The position numbers were made by a program, and so were the translations under genes. Shown piece by piece: positions 30,613 through 40,698 of a stretch of DNA of 64,000 bases. Numbering within the stretch: the stretch's first letter is position 1; each line of letters starts with the position of its first letter. Below the pieces are notes generated by a model, which saw only the letters and a list, made by a program, of their open reading frames with translations, ran no database searches and was not told the origin of the DNA. The stretch is from positions 2,101 to 66,100 of the forward strand of contig WTGL01000159.1 in the NCBI GenBank assembly GCA_011523565.1, in the 5' to 3' direction. The stretch comes from Acidobacteriota bacterium (lineage in GTDB: Bacteria; Acidobacteriota; Thermoanaerobaculia; Multivoradales; Multivoraceae).

Positions 30613-31775
30613 AGGTCCTGCTGGTCGCCAATGTTCTGCCGCCACGGGATCTCTCGGGTGCGGGCGAACAGGTACTTCAACTCGCCTGGGGCCTTCAGCA
30701 GGCCGGCTGCGAGGTCGAGATCCTCGGCCGCGACCAGTGTGGCGCGAGGGTTTCGAAGACGTCGTTTCCCTGGCACGCGCGCCGTGCCGTCGCGCGCCGG
30801 GTCGCCGAGTGGCGGCCGGACGTGGTGCAGGTCCATGAAAGCGACGGCGGCCTGGTCATCCGGGACCTGGCCCGCCAGGCCGCCGGCCGGCGGCCTCTGC
30901 TCGCGGCCCTCCAGCAGGTGAGCTATGTCCAGGAGCGCCTGGCGGTCCGTGCGCTGGTCGATGGCGACGACAGCGCGCAGGTCGTGGCCCGTCCGGCGAT
31001 GAGCGAACGCACCTTCCGCGCACTGCGCGCGCCCGTGCACATCGCCCTGGGCCGGATCACGGCCCGGCGCGCGGACCTCCGCCTGGCGCCGAGCCAGGTT
31101 ACGGCGGCGGAGATCGAGCGTGACTACGGTGTCGCCGGGGTCGAGGTGGTTCCGAACGTCACCGGCGCGCCCCTGGACCTGCCGGACGGCGCCGGGCTCC
31201 GAAAGAGCCGGGCCGACGAGCTCGTCGAGCAGAAGCCCTTCCTGCTCGCCGTGGGACGGCTACGCATCCGCAAGGGCTTCGAGATCCTCCTGCGAGCCGT
31301 GGCGACCGCTCACGGGCGCGGGCATCGTCCTCGACTGGTCATCGCGGGCGATGGGGAGCGGCGCGATTCCCTTTCGGCGCTGGCCCGGGATCTGGGGCTG
31401 GAAGCGAGCGTGCGTTTCGCCGGCCGGTGCTCGCGGTCGGAGGTTGCCCGGTTGCGGCGTCGCGCCACCGCCCTCGTCGTGCCGTCCACCTACGAGGGCA
31501 TGCCGCTGGTCGTGCTCGAGGCCATGGGGGACGGGGTTCCCGTCATTGCCTCCGCGGTCAGCGGCATTCCGGAGGTCGTCGTCGATGAGGAGACCGGCTG
31601 GCTCGTACCCCCCGAGCGTTCCGGCGCTCTCGCAGACGCCTTGATCGCGGCCACGCTCGACCCCGAGGAATCCCGTCGGCGGGGCATGGCGGGAGGCCGC
31701 CGGCTCGATCGGCGCTACCGGCCTCGCCACGCGGCGGAGCGGTGGCTGGAAGCCCTGGAACGGGTCGATCGATAG
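30609..31775 (+). CDS. GT4-family glycosyltransferase
   Basis: GT-B fold. GTGA overlap with recG. Confidence 0.8.
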   Translation: MKVLLVANVLPPRDLSGAGEQVLQLAWGLQQAGCEVEILGRDQCGARVSKTSFPWHARRAVARRVAEWRPDVVQVHESDGGLVIRDLARQAAGRRPLLAALQQVSYVQERLAVRALVDGDDSAQVVARPAMSERTFRALRAPVHIALGRITARRADLRLAPSQVTAAEIERDYGVAGVEVVPNVTGAPLDLPDGAGLRKSRADELVEQKPFLLAVGRLRIRKGFEILLRAVATAHGRGHRPRLVIAGDGERRDSLSALARDLGLEASVRFAGRCSRSEVARLRRRATALVVPSTYEGMPLVVLEAMGDGVPVIASAVSGIPEVVVDEETGWLVPPERSGALADALIAATLDPEESRRRGMAGGRRLDRRYRPRHAAERWLEALERVDR

Positions 31776-31827
31776 GTGCCGTCGGTGTGGAAGAATCCGG
31801 ACAGATGAGTTCCATCTCGGGCTGCAG

Positions 31828-32664
31828 TTGCTCCAGCGGGCAATACTGATGAGCTCGACCGTCGACGTAGGACGCGCCAGCGCCCAGGCATCGAGCAGCT
31901 TGCTCCCGGCCTCCTGGCGGGTCGAGCTACCGGAGTTCGAGGGACCGCTCGATCTGTTGCTTCGTCTGGTGAGAATCAACGAGATCGAGATCACGGACAT
32001 CCCGGTCGCCCTGATCTGCGATCAGTTTCACGCGTACCTGGACCTGATGGACGAGCTGGATCTCGACATCGCCGCCGACTACATCTACGAAGCGGCCCTG
32101 CTGATCCAGCTCAAGGCCAGGGTGCTGCTGCCGCAACCAAAGCCGGCGCCCGGCGAGGAACCGGAGGATCCGCGCCGGGAGTTGATCGAACGGTTGCTCG
32201 AGTACCAGCGGCTCAAGGAGGCCGCGCAGACCCTGGCCGAGGTCGACAGCCTTCGGCACGGGCTGTGGACGCGCGGCCGGACGGAGACCGTCGAAGCCGC
32301 CGACGGCGAGGAGTTCGACCTGGGCGACCTGTCGCTCTTCGACCTGCTTCAGGTGTTGCGGGGCGTGCTGAAGCGCTACGACGAGGAGCATCCCAGTCCG
32401 CTGATCTACCAGGGCGAGTCCTTCAGCGTCCGGGGCCAGATCGAGCGGTTGCTGAGCCGCTTCGAGGGCGGCCGCTCGCTCGATCTGAAGGATGACCTGT
32501 TCGCTTTGTCGAGCCGCGCGGAGGCGATCGCGTGCTTCCTGGCCGTGCTGGAGATGGCCCGCCTCAATCTGGTACGGCTCCACCCCTCCGACGCCGGCTC
32601 CGTCTTTCTGTTTCGCACGACGCGGGCCCTCGACCCGGTTCTGCTGGAGGACCTGACCGGATGA
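31828..32664 (+). CDS. scpA: segregation and condensation protein A
   Basis: FEGPLDLLLRLV ScpA signature. Confidence 0.85.
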   Translation: MLQRAILMSSTVDVGRASAQASSSLLPASWRVELPEFEGPLDLLLRLVRINEIEITDIPVALICDQFHAYLDLMDELDLDIAADYIYEAALLIQLKARVLLPQPKPAPGEEPEDPRRELIERLLEYQRLKEAAQTLAEVDSLRHGLWTRGRTETVEAADGEEFDLGDLSLFDLLQVLRGVLKRYDEEHPSPLIYQGESFSVRGQIERLLSRFEGGRSLDLKDDLFALSSRAEAIACFLAVLEMARLNLVRLHPSDAGSVFLFRTTRALDPVLLEDLTG

Positions 32665-33278
32665 CGGAGACGCCCGAGATGGAGGCGGTGTTCGAGGCTC
32701 TGCTCTTCGCCAGCCCCGATCCTCAACCCGAAGGGAAGCTCCTCGAGGTGTTTCCCGAACAGGACCGTGAACGCGCGGCCGAGGCCCTCGAAGCGGTTCT
32801 CGACCGCTACCGGGTCGACGAAACCGGCGGTTCGGCGAACCGCGGCGTCGTCCTGGACCAGGCCGGCGGTGGATACCGGCTCGTCACGCGTTCCGATCTG
32901 CATCCCTACCTGCGCAGGTTCTTCGAGGTGGCCGGTCGCAGCAGGTTGTCCATGGCCGCGGTGGAAACGCTGGCGATCGTGGCCTACCGCCAGCCGGTGA
33001 CGAGTCCGGAGATCCAGGAGCTGAGGGGCAGGAATTCCGCGGGTGTGCTGAAGACGCTTCTCGAGCGACGGCTGATCCGGATTGCCGGGCGCAAGGAAGT
33101 CGTCGGCAGTCCCTTCCTCTACGCCACCACGCGCGAGTTTCTGCTTCACTTCGGCCTGCGCGCCCTCTCCGAGCTGCCCCCGCTGGAGGAGTTCGAAGAG
33201 ACCTTCCTCGGTGGGGCGGAGGAGGAGCCCCTGCAGACACCGATCGCCCTTGCGCCGGTGGACCCGATCGATGGCTGA
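32661..33278 (+). CDS. scpB: segregation and condensation protein B
   Basis: ScpB winged-helix signature (EALLFAS, PVTSPEIQELRG). ATGA overlap with scpA. Confidence 0.85.
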   Translation: MTETPEMEAVFEALLFASPDPQPEGKLLEVFPEQDRERAAEALEAVLDRYRVDETGGSANRGVVLDQAGGGYRLVTRSDLHPYLRRFFEVAGRSRLSMAAVETLAIVAYRQPVTSPEIQELRGRNSAGVLKTLLERRLIRIAGRKEVVGSPFLYATTREFLLHFGLRALSELPPLEEFEETFLGGAEEEPLQTPIALAPVDPIDG

Positions 33279-34086
33279 GGAACCCAAGGGCGAACGGCTC
33301 CAGAAGATCCTCTCCCGCGCGGGCGTCGCCTCACGCCGGGCCGCGGAAGATCTGATTCGGGCCGGCCGGGTCACGATCGACGACCGCGTCGCGGTCCTCG
33401 GAGACCGCGCCCGGCAGTGGGGCAAGGGCAGGCAGACGGTCCGGGTCGACGGCGAGCCCGTCGCGCGGATGGATGCGGCCCTCTACGTTCTGCTGAACAA
33501 ACCGGCCGGTCACGTAACGACCCGTAGCGACCCCGAAGGGCGACCCACGGTCATGGATCTGCTCCCGGAGAGGTGGCGCGGACGGCTCAAGCCAGTCGGG
33601 CGGCTGGACTACCGGACCGAGGGCCTGCTCCTCTTCACGGACGACGGCGATCTCGCCAACCGCCTGACGCATCCGCGCTTCGGCTGCACGAAGCGATATC
33701 TGGTCAAGGTCCGGGGGTTCCCGGCCCGGGCGGCCATCGAGCGCCTCGGCCGGGGGATGTTCATCGCGGGTCGGCGAACTGCGGCGGTGACTCCGCGGCC
33801 GGTGCGAACGCGCAGGGGGGGCAGGACCGCGCGCTCGTCAAGCTGGTGGGAGCTGGAACTGCGCGAAGGCCGGACCCGGCAGATTCGGGAGATGTTCTTC
33901 CGCGTCGGACATCCGGTGCAACGACTGCGCCGGGTGGCGATCGGCCGGCTCGAGGACGCTCACCTGCCGAGCGGCAAGTGGCGCGAACTCTCGGTTGGAG
34001 AAGTGGCGAGCCTGAAGGCCGGTTCAGGCCGGATGTCGGCAGGGCGCTCTGGCGGCGGACGGAAACGGGGACGCCGGCGCCGGTGA
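33271..34086 (+). CDS. rluB: 23S rRNA pseudouridine synthase (RsuA/RluB family)
   Basis: S4 domain plus catalytic GRLDYRTEGLLLFTDDG. Confidence 0.85.
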   Translation: MAEEPKGERLQKILSRAGVASRRAAEDLIRAGRVTIDDRVAVLGDRARQWGKGRQTVRVDGEPVARMDAALYVLLNKPAGHVTTRSDPEGRPTVMDLLPERWRGRLKPVGRLDYRTEGLLLFTDDGDLANRLTHPRFGCTKRYLVKVRGFPARAAIERLGRGMFIAGRRTAAVTPRPVRTRRGGRTARSSSWWELELREGRTRQIREMFFRVGHPVQRLRRVAIGRLEDAHLPSGKWRELSVGEVASLKAGSGRMSAGRSGGGRKRGRRRR

Positions 34087-34757
34087 CGGTTGTCGCCATC
34101 GACGGTCCGGCCGGTGTCGGCAAGAGCACCGTGGCCCGGACGGTCGCGGCGAAACTCGGCGTTCCCTATCTCGACACGGGAGCCATGTACCGCGCGGTCG
34201 CGTGGAAGGCGCTGGAGGACGGCCTCGATCCGGCCGAAGGACCCGCGATGGAGGAACTGATCGCGCGGATCTCCTTCGAACTCCGAACTCGTGATGCCGA
34301 GGCGGAGGTGGTCATCGACGGCTTCGCTCCGGGGACGCTATTGCGTACAGCCCGGGTCGACGCAGCCACATCGCGGGTTGCCGTGCATCCCCGAGTACGT
34401 TCGTGGCTGGTCGCGCGGCAGCGCGAGTTCGCGTCCCGGGAGGGCGCGGTGGTCGAGGGTCGGGACATCGGCACGGTCGTCTTTCCCCAGGCGAAGCACA
34501 AGTTCTTTTTGGACGCGCCGCTCGAGGTGAGGGCGGAGCGGCGGCTTCGCCAGCTCGGCGGCCGGAACGACAGTGGCCGCGAGCGACTCAAGCGGGAGAT
34601 TCAGGCGCGGGACCAGCGGGACCGACGGCGCCGCGCGTCGCCGCTGCGGCACGACGCGAGCTACGAGGTGATCGATACGTCGACCGGCGCCGCCGAACAG
34701 ATCGCCGCCCGGATTCTCCGCTCGGTTCGCGCGGCCGAGACGGTGAAGGGCGAATGA
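34083..34757 (+). CDS. cmk: cytidylate kinase
   Basis: P-loop AIDGPAGVGKST. GTG start overlapping the rluB stop. Confidence 0.9.
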   Translation: MTVVAIDGPAGVGKSTVARTVAAKLGVPYLDTGAMYRAVAWKALEDGLDPAEGPAMEELIARISFELRTRDAEAEVVIDGFAPGTLLRTARVDAATSRVAVHPRVRSWLVARQREFASREGAVVEGRDIGTVVFPQAKHKFFLDAPLEVRAERRLRQLGGRNDSGRERLKREIQARDQRDRRRRASPLRHDASYEVIDTSTGAAEQIAARILRSVRAAETVKGE

Positions 34758-37700
34758 GGGACCCCGCGGACGAGCGCGGCGGGGGCGCTGCCGGGCTGCT
34801 GATCATCTTGGGACTGTTCGCGCTGGCCGCGATTCTGCTGGCGGTGGAACGATGGCCGCGGGACGAGGAGCCGCCGCTTCCGACGAACGGGCAGTTGGCC
34901 TCGATGGAAGCGGCGTACCAGGCGATGTTGCTGGATCTGCAGGCGGACGCCGAGCGCGCCGCGGAGAACGTCAGGCGGAAAGGGGCGATTCCGCTCGAGT
35001 CTGCCGGGGCCCGACAGAGCGTGTTCGAGGAGTTGGATCGGGCGAGCCGCGTCGAAGGCCGCACCCTGGTTCTCGTGGATTCGGATGGTCTGGCGCAGGC
35101 CTGGGGCGGACCGGGACTGAGGCACGATCTTCCCCTCGATCGCCTGCTGCCCGGAGGCATCAATCAGACCGCCGGCTTCACGGCGGTCTCGCTGTACGCG
35201 GCCATCGACATGAGCACTGGCGAGGGCGGCTGGCGGTTGATCGTCGGCAGCAGTTTCCCGACCGATACGCTGCCGATCGCCACACCGTTCGGACTGCGAC
35301 GGCACGGGGTCAGGTGGTCGGTACGGGACCACTCGGCGGAACCGCTGACGCCTGGCCTGGAGGCGATCGGCATTCGCGAACTCGCTCCGCCGGACGGGAT
35401 CGCGGGCCCGTGGCTGCGCCTGCGATTCGGGCCGCCCTCCGAGCGGCAGTCCGGAGCCGCCGGCGCGCTGGCGGTGGCCGCGGCCATGATCGGCGCGGGC
35501 CTGTCGCTGGTCTGGGTCTTCCGCCGCTGGAGCGGTCGAGCAGGGACGAGGCCTCGGTCTGCGACGGCCGTACCTGGTCTGGCCGGCGTTTGCGCGGCAG
35601 TGGGCTACGGCCTCTACCGGTGGCAGATCTGGGCAACGGACGCCGCCGGAGCGCCGGTCGATCCGGGAGGTTCGTTCGGGGGCCCGATCGGACACTGGGT
35701 CGTCCTGTTGACGGGTTGGGTCCTGCTGACGGCAACCGCGCTCTGGGCGGCCGGGTGGGGCGGCCGTCGGGACTGGATGCACGTTCTGCTGACCGCCACG
35801 GCGGCGGCTCTCGGTGTCGGTCTGCTCGTCGAAGTGACGCACCGACCTGCCCTGCGGGCGCTGCTGACCGAGAGCGTTCGAGGCGGTCTTGAGGGTCCGG
35901 AGCCGGGAGACGTCGCGGCCCTTGCGAGGCAGGTCGGCTCCTTCGTCACCGCGAGCGACCTGAGGGAACTGGCCCTGGGCGATCCGAACGAACTCGACGA
36001 TCACCAGGATCTGGCTCTGGAACTCTGGCGAGAGTCGCCCCTGGCCGCTTCCGAGACGTTCTCGGCTCTGGCGGTCATCCGCGGGAACGAGGTGTCGACA
36101 TTCTCCTACGGGTTGCCGGTGGACGCGGAGACGGGCGAACTGGCCGTTGACAGCGCGCGTTGGCCGCGGGGGAACCTGCCGCTATGGCAGGAAGAGCGCA
36201 GTGCGGCGGGTGAAGCCACGGTAGCGTCCGCGGGTCAGGACTGGGGCGCGGTTCGTTTCTGGACCGCGGCGTTGCCACGGCTGGATGTCTGGAGCACCGT
36301 CACCTCGGGGACCGGCGGCGAACTGGAGTTGCGGCTGTTGCGGGGAGGTCCGGCCAGAAGTCCGAGCGGCTCGAATCCTCCCGGAGAGGCTGTACTCGCT
36401 TACGTCGACGGCGCGGGCCGCCCGCTCGTTTCACGGTGGGATGAGGACTGGCTCCTGCCGGCGCCCTCGGAAGCGGTGGATCCGCGCCGAACGATGCGCG
36501 TCGAGACGCCGGCGGGACCCGCTCTGGCCTGGTTCAGTGCCAGCAGTCTCGAGGGTCTCTGGGTCGTCGCGTTGCTGCCCGAAGAGACGGTGGCGGCGCG
36601 GCTCTGGCGGACCGCCACGGTTGCCGCGCGGCTGGTGCTGGCAGTGTCGGCGGTGGCGCTCGCGGTGCTACTCATCAGCCTGCCGCGAGCGAAACTGCGC
36701 GGCGGCTTCCTGCCGGACTTCCGGCGGTACTCGGTCCGCCTGACGGCGGTGCTGGCCCTGATCGCGATCGTGCCGCTGGCGCTGCTCAACGGTTTGCTCG
36801 TCCGGAATCTGGGCGCCCGCATCCAGGCGGAGCAGGAGGTCGCCGGTCGAGCAGCCCTCGTGTCGCTCGAGCATGTTCTGACCGACTTCCTCCTCGGCCT
36901 GCCGCCGGGGTTCTCGATGGACGCCCAGTTGGACGACGAACTCCTGGCCTGGCTGGCGGAAGTCGTGGGACACGAAGTGAATCTCTACTGGCGCGGAGGC
37001 GTCTACGCATCGAGCAAACCGGACCTCTTTACCGCCGGCCTGATGCCAAAGCGCATTCCGGGCAACGTCTACAGCAGATTGGCGCTGCTCGGCCACGCGA
37101 CCGCTGCTCGCGTTCAGACGGCGGGCCAGGGCGTGTCCTACCTGGAGTTGTACCAGCCCGTATCCCTGGGTGAGGAGCGTCCGGGGGAATCGGGTCTGTT
37201 CGTGTCCGTGCCGCTGCTGGCGCAGCAGGAAGCGGGTACGCGCGACCTCGCCGCCTTGAGGCGGCAGGCGCTGGTCATCACGACGGCCCTGGTGCTCCTG
37301 CTGATCACCGTTGGCGCGCGGCTCGCGCGTGGGTTCACCCGTCCGCTCATGCGGATGATCGACGGCGCGGACCGAATCGCCGGGGGCGCGGCCTCCCTCG
37401 GTTTCAAACCGCAGGAGACGGAACTCAGGACCCTCGGTGCCGCCATCGACGGCATGGCGGCCCGGATTGCATCGACTCGTGCGCGGGAGGAGGAGGCGCA
37501 GCGTCTGGAGGCCTGGGCCGAGATGGCGCGGCTGATCGCGCACGAGGTGAAGAACCCCCTGACCCCGATCCGCCTCTCGACCGAGCACCTGCGGCGCGTG
37601 TGGCGGGACGCCCCGCATCGGTTGCACGAGGTCTTCGAGCGCTGCACCGACAACATCCTCTACCAGGTGGACGAGCTTGCCCACACGGCTGGCGAGTTTG

Positions 37701-38215
37701 GGGCGTACAGCAGGATTCCCCTGGCCCGGCCGGAGCCCGGGGACCTGGCGGCGGCGGTGCGGGAGGTGGTGGACGGCTATCGCCACCCGCCGCCGGAGGG
37801 GGTGACGGTGGCCTTCGAGTCGAGGGTGGACGGAGAGACGGCGCGGCTTCCGTTCGATCGGCGGCTGATGCAGCGGGCGGTCCGCAACCTGCTGGAGAAC
37901 GCCCTCGGCGCCAGCGACGGCGGAGGCGAGGTCCGGGTCACCGTGAGTCCGGTGGCCGGCGGCAGAGCCCTGGGTGTCACCGTCGACGACCGGGGGCCCG
38001 GTGTCTCGGACACCGACCTGGAACGCATCTTCGAGCCCTACTTCTCGACCTCGAGCGGGGGTACCGGCCTGGGTCTGCCGATCGCCCGCCGCATCGTGGA
38101 GGAGCACGGCGGAACGATCACCGCTGCAAGAAGGCTCGAGGGGGGACTCTCGGTCCGGATCGTCCTGCCCGCCGATCAGGTGTCCGAGCCGTCGCCGGAC
38201 GGCGGCTCCAGGTGA
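34754..38215 (+). CDS. large multi-TM sensor histidine kinase (orphan, no adjacent response regulator)
   Basis: 1153 aa. N-terminal TM and extracytoplasmic regions, HAMP, HisKA (IAHEVKNPLTPI) and HATPase_c (GTGLGLPIARRIVEEHGG). ATGA overlap with cmk. Confidence 0.8.
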   Translation: MRDPADERGGGAAGLLIILGLFALAAILLAVERWPRDEEPPLPTNGQLASMEAAYQAMLLDLQADAERAAENVRRKGAIPLESAGARQSVFEELDRASRVEGRTLVLVDSDGLAQAWGGPGLRHDLPLDRLLPGGINQTAGFTAVSLYAAIDMSTGEGGWRLIVGSSFPTDTLPIATPFGLRRHGVRWSVRDHSAEPLTPGLEAIGIRELAPPDGIAGPWLRLRFGPPSERQSGAAGALAVAAAMIGAGLSLVWVFRRWSGRAGTRPRSATAVPGLAGVCAAVGYGLYRWQIWATDAAGAPVDPGGSFGGPIGHWVVLLTGWVLLTATALWAAGWGGRRDWMHVLLTATAAALGVGLLVEVTHRPALRALLTESVRGGLEGPEPGDVAALARQVGSFVTASDLRELALGDPNELDDHQDLALELWRESPLAASETFSALAVIRGNEVSTFSYGLPVDAETGELAVDSARWPRGNLPLWQEERSAAGEATVASAGQDWGAVRFWTAALPRLDVWSTVTSGTGGELELRLLRGGPARSPSGSNPPGEAVLAYVDGAGRPLVSRWDEDWLLPAPSEAVDPRRTMRVETPAGPALAWFSASSLEGLWVVALLPEETVAARLWRTATVAARLVLAVSAVALAVLLISLPRAKLRGGFLPDFRRYSVRLTAVLALIAIVPLALLNGLLVRNLGARIQAEQEVAGRAALVSLEHVLTDFLLGLPPGFSMDAQLDDELLAWLAEVVGHEVNLYWRGGVYASSKPDLFTAGLMPKRIPGNVYSRLALLGHATAARVQTAGQGVSYLELYQPVSLGEERPGESGLFVSVPLLAQQEAGTRDLAALRRQALVITTALVLLLITVGARLARGFTRPLMRMIDGADRIAGGAASLGFKPQETELRTLGAAIDGMAARIASTRAREEEAQRLEAWAEMARLIAHEVKNPLTPIRLSTEHLRRVWRDAPHRLHEVFERCTDNILYQVDELAHTAGEFGAYSRIPLARPEPGDLAAAVREVVDGYRHPPPEGVTVAFESRVDGETARLPFDRRLMQRAVRNLLENALGASDGGGEVRVTVSPVAGGRALGVTVDDRGPGVSDTDLERIFEPYFSTSSGGTGLGLPIARRIVEEHGGTITAARRLEGGLSVRIVLPADQVSEPSPDGGSR

Positions 38216-39765
38216 ATCGTCCGCGTGGGGAAGGCGATCCGCACGCCCAGCCGGTCGGCAAGGCGCAGGATGTCCAGGGCCAGATCGTGGCGGAGTCGCA
38301 GTTCGGTGCTCCAGTCCGGGGCGAGGAAGAAGACGTAGAGCATGATCTCGAGCCCGTCGGCGCCGAACTCGTTGAGGTGAATCTCGAAGGCGTCCTGGCG
38401 CATCGATTCGTTCTCCCGAACGAGCTGCCGAATGCCCTCGCAGAACGCGTCGACGCTGGCGGGCGGCGTGTCGTAGGTGATTTGGATTCGCGTGCTCCAG
38501 CGGCGGAACTGCCTTGCTCCGTAGTTGTCGACCGAAGCGTCGATCAGGCGGGCATTGGGTAGCGTGACAAGGGAGGCGTAGAAGGTCCGGACGCGTGTGC
38601 TCCGGAAGCCGACCTCCTCGACCACTCCCTCGACGTCGCCCAGCCTGATCCAGTCGCCGACCCGGAACGGGCGGTCGAGCAGCACCGTGATCGAGCCGAA
38701 GAGGTTCTTCAGCAAGTCCTGCGCCGCGAGCGCAACGGCCAGTCCGCTGAGCCCCAGGCCGGCGAGCAGGGCCGTGACGTCCCCGCCCAGCCTGGCGATC
38801 AGGAAGACGGCTCCGAAGACGCTCACGGCCAGCTTCAGGGTCTTCGTGACGAACGGCACCAACTGGTCCTGGAAGCGGTTCTCGCTTCTCCTGGCGCGGG
38901 CCTTGAGCGCCGTCCCGAGCAGGTCGACCTGGGCGAAGGCCGCGCGGCCCAACGCCAGCAGCAGGAGCACCAGCAGGGTCGTATCGAGCCAGGCGTCGAC
39001 CTGCGCCGGCAGGCCCAGCCACTGAATTCCCAGCCACCACGCCGCCGCCATTCCCAGCAGCCCGGTGGGTCGCAGAATGCGACGCGCTCCCGGAAGGTCC
39101 AGGTTCTCGTAGCGGCCGCTCAGAGGCTTCGCGAGAAGGCCGTAGGCGGTCCAGACGACGAGCCGGTCGATCAGGAAGCCCAGCAGCAGCAGAATCGGCA
39201 GGGCCAGCCATTGCCACGGATAGAGGATGAAGCCGCCGCTCCTGAGGGTTTCCGGGATCCGGTCCCGAAGCCACATCGTGGCGGTGACCGGCGCTTCCTC
39301 GACGCCTTCGACCACGGTGCGGTCGCGCACCTCGTCGTACAGGGTCGGGATCGCCGCCACCGTGGCGCGGTTGAACAGCCAGCGACCGTCGCCGTCGGGC
39401 GCCAGGACGAGCGGCACGGACAACTCGTCGCTGAACACCCACCGTTCGAGTTCGCCATCGCCGGGGATGGCCTGAAGCTCCACGAACTCGAGCCGGTCGA
39501 TCACCTGTTTCAACTGGTTCGCGAGGTTCCGGCCCTGACGCGCGCGGACGGGAAACGGAAGGTCGCCGAGGTCCAGGCAGGCCGCCGCGGTATCCAGGTC
39601 CGGACGGCCGTCTTCGGTCGCGAATGCCTCGAGGAAGACGCGCATCGTGTCGCGCGGGCTGATCAGCGGCTCGTCCCCGGCCGGCTGCGCGAAGGCGAAC
39701 CAGGCCAGAGCCAGCAGGGCGCCGGCGGCGACCAGGGAGATCCTGCGCAGGAAGGCGGCATTCAT
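38176..39765 (-). CDS. mechanosensitive ion channel (MscS family) protein
   Basis: MscS core (LSGLAVALAAQDLLKNLFGS, RVGDWIRLGDVEGVVEEV). 3' end overlaps the kinase gene by 40 nt. Confidence 0.8.
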   Translation of the reverse strand: MNAAFLRRISLVAAGALLALAWFAFAQPAGDEPLISPRDTMRVFLEAFATEDGRPDLDTAAACLDLGDLPFPVRARQGRNLANQLKQVIDRLEFVELQAIPGDGELERWVFSDELSVPLVLAPDGDGRWLFNRATVAAIPTLYDEVRDRTVVEGVEEAPVTATMWLRDRIPETLRSGGFILYPWQWLALPILLLLGFLIDRLVVWTAYGLLAKPLSGRYENLDLPGARRILRPTGLLGMAAAWWLGIQWLGLPAQVDAWLDTTLLVLLLLALGRAAFAQVDLLGTALKARARRSENRFQDQLVPFVTKTLKLAVSVFGAVFLIARLGGDVTALLAGLGLSGLAVALAAQDLLKNLFGSITVLLDRPFRVGDWIRLGDVEGVVEEVGFRSTRVRTFYASLVTLPNARLIDASVDNYGARQFRRWSTRIQITYDTPPASVDAFCEGIRQLVRENESMRQDAFEIHLNEFGADGLEIMLYVFFLAPDWSTELRLRHDLALDILRLADRLGVRIAFPTRTIHLEPPSGDGSDT

Positions 39766-39848
39766 GGCGGGCGCCACTCTTCCAATCTGGTAGCGCGCGG
39801 TCAAGCGGGAATCGCCCGGCGGCCCGGAATGGCTGGTAGCGTGGCCCG

Positions 39849-40694
39849 ATGCGTGGCTGCTGCGCGCTTCTCGCCTTCCTCCTGCTCCCGGCCACCGGGT
39901 GCGCGCCCGCCGGGTCGAGCGGTTCGCTGGCGGAAGGAGCCGTATCGCAGTCCGGAGAGCCCCCGGAACGTTGGCGGGTCGAGGTGCTGGACCGGCGGAC
40001 GCACGACCTCGAGGCCTACACCCAGGGCCTTCTCTGGCGCGGCGGCGTCGTCTATGAGAGCACCGGCTCGTACGGCGCGTCCAGTCTTCGGGCGTGGCGC
40101 TGGAGCGACGGCGAAGAGCTGGCGCGCGTGGACCTGGACCCGAGACTGTTCGGCGAGGGGATCGCTTTGCTGCCCGATCGCGCGGAAGCCAAGCAGCGTC
40201 TCCTGCAGCTCACCTGGAGGCGTGGCGAGGCGCTCGTCTGGTCTCTCGATCCGTTGCGGGAGCTGAGCCGGATCCGGTACGAGGGCGAAGGCTGGGGCCT
40301 GGCCTACGACGGTTCGGACCTGATCATGAGCGACGGCACGCCGTCGCTGAGCTTCCGGGATCCCCGCACCCTCGATGTTCGTCGCCGGCTGCGGGTGACG
40401 CAGCAGGGCATGCCGCTCGCCAACCTGAACGAACTCGAGCTGGTCGACGACGTTCTGTTCGCGAACCTCTACGGGAGCGACGAGATCGCGGCGATCGACC
40501 TCGACTCCGGCGCGGTGATTGCCGTGGTCGACGCGTCGGGACTGCTGACGGACCAGGAGGCGGCAGCCGCCGACGTCCTGAACGGGATCGCCTTCCGGCC
40601 CGACACGGGGACCTTTCTGCTGACGGGCAAGTACTGGCCATGGGTGTTCGAGGTGCGGATCCTCGGCTACGATGCGCCTCGCCCCGGGAGTTGA
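39849..40694 (+). CDS. glutaminyl-peptide cyclotransferase (beta-propeller type), lipoprotein
   Basis: YTQGL and VYESTG motifs. Lipobox LLLPATGC. Confidence 0.8.
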   Translation: MRGCCALLAFLLLPATGCAPAGSSGSLAEGAVSQSGEPPERWRVEVLDRRTHDLEAYTQGLLWRGGVVYESTGSYGASSLRAWRWSDGEELARVDLDPRLFGEGIALLPDRAEAKQRLLQLTWRRGEALVWSLDPLRELSRIRYEGEGWGLAYDGSDLIMSDGTPSLSFRDPRTLDVRRRLRVTQQGMPLANLNELELVDDVLFANLYGSDEIAAIDLDSGAVIAVVDASGLLTDQEAAAADVLNGIAFRPDTGTFLLTGKYWPWVFEVRILGYDAPRPGS

Positions 40695-40698
40695 GACG

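Noticed and set aside
34403-34753. 117-aa N-terminal extension of the histidine kinase
   Set aside because: It overlaps cmk in another frame with low-complexity translation. The ATG at 34754 gives a hydrophobic TM start and an ATGA coupling with cmk.
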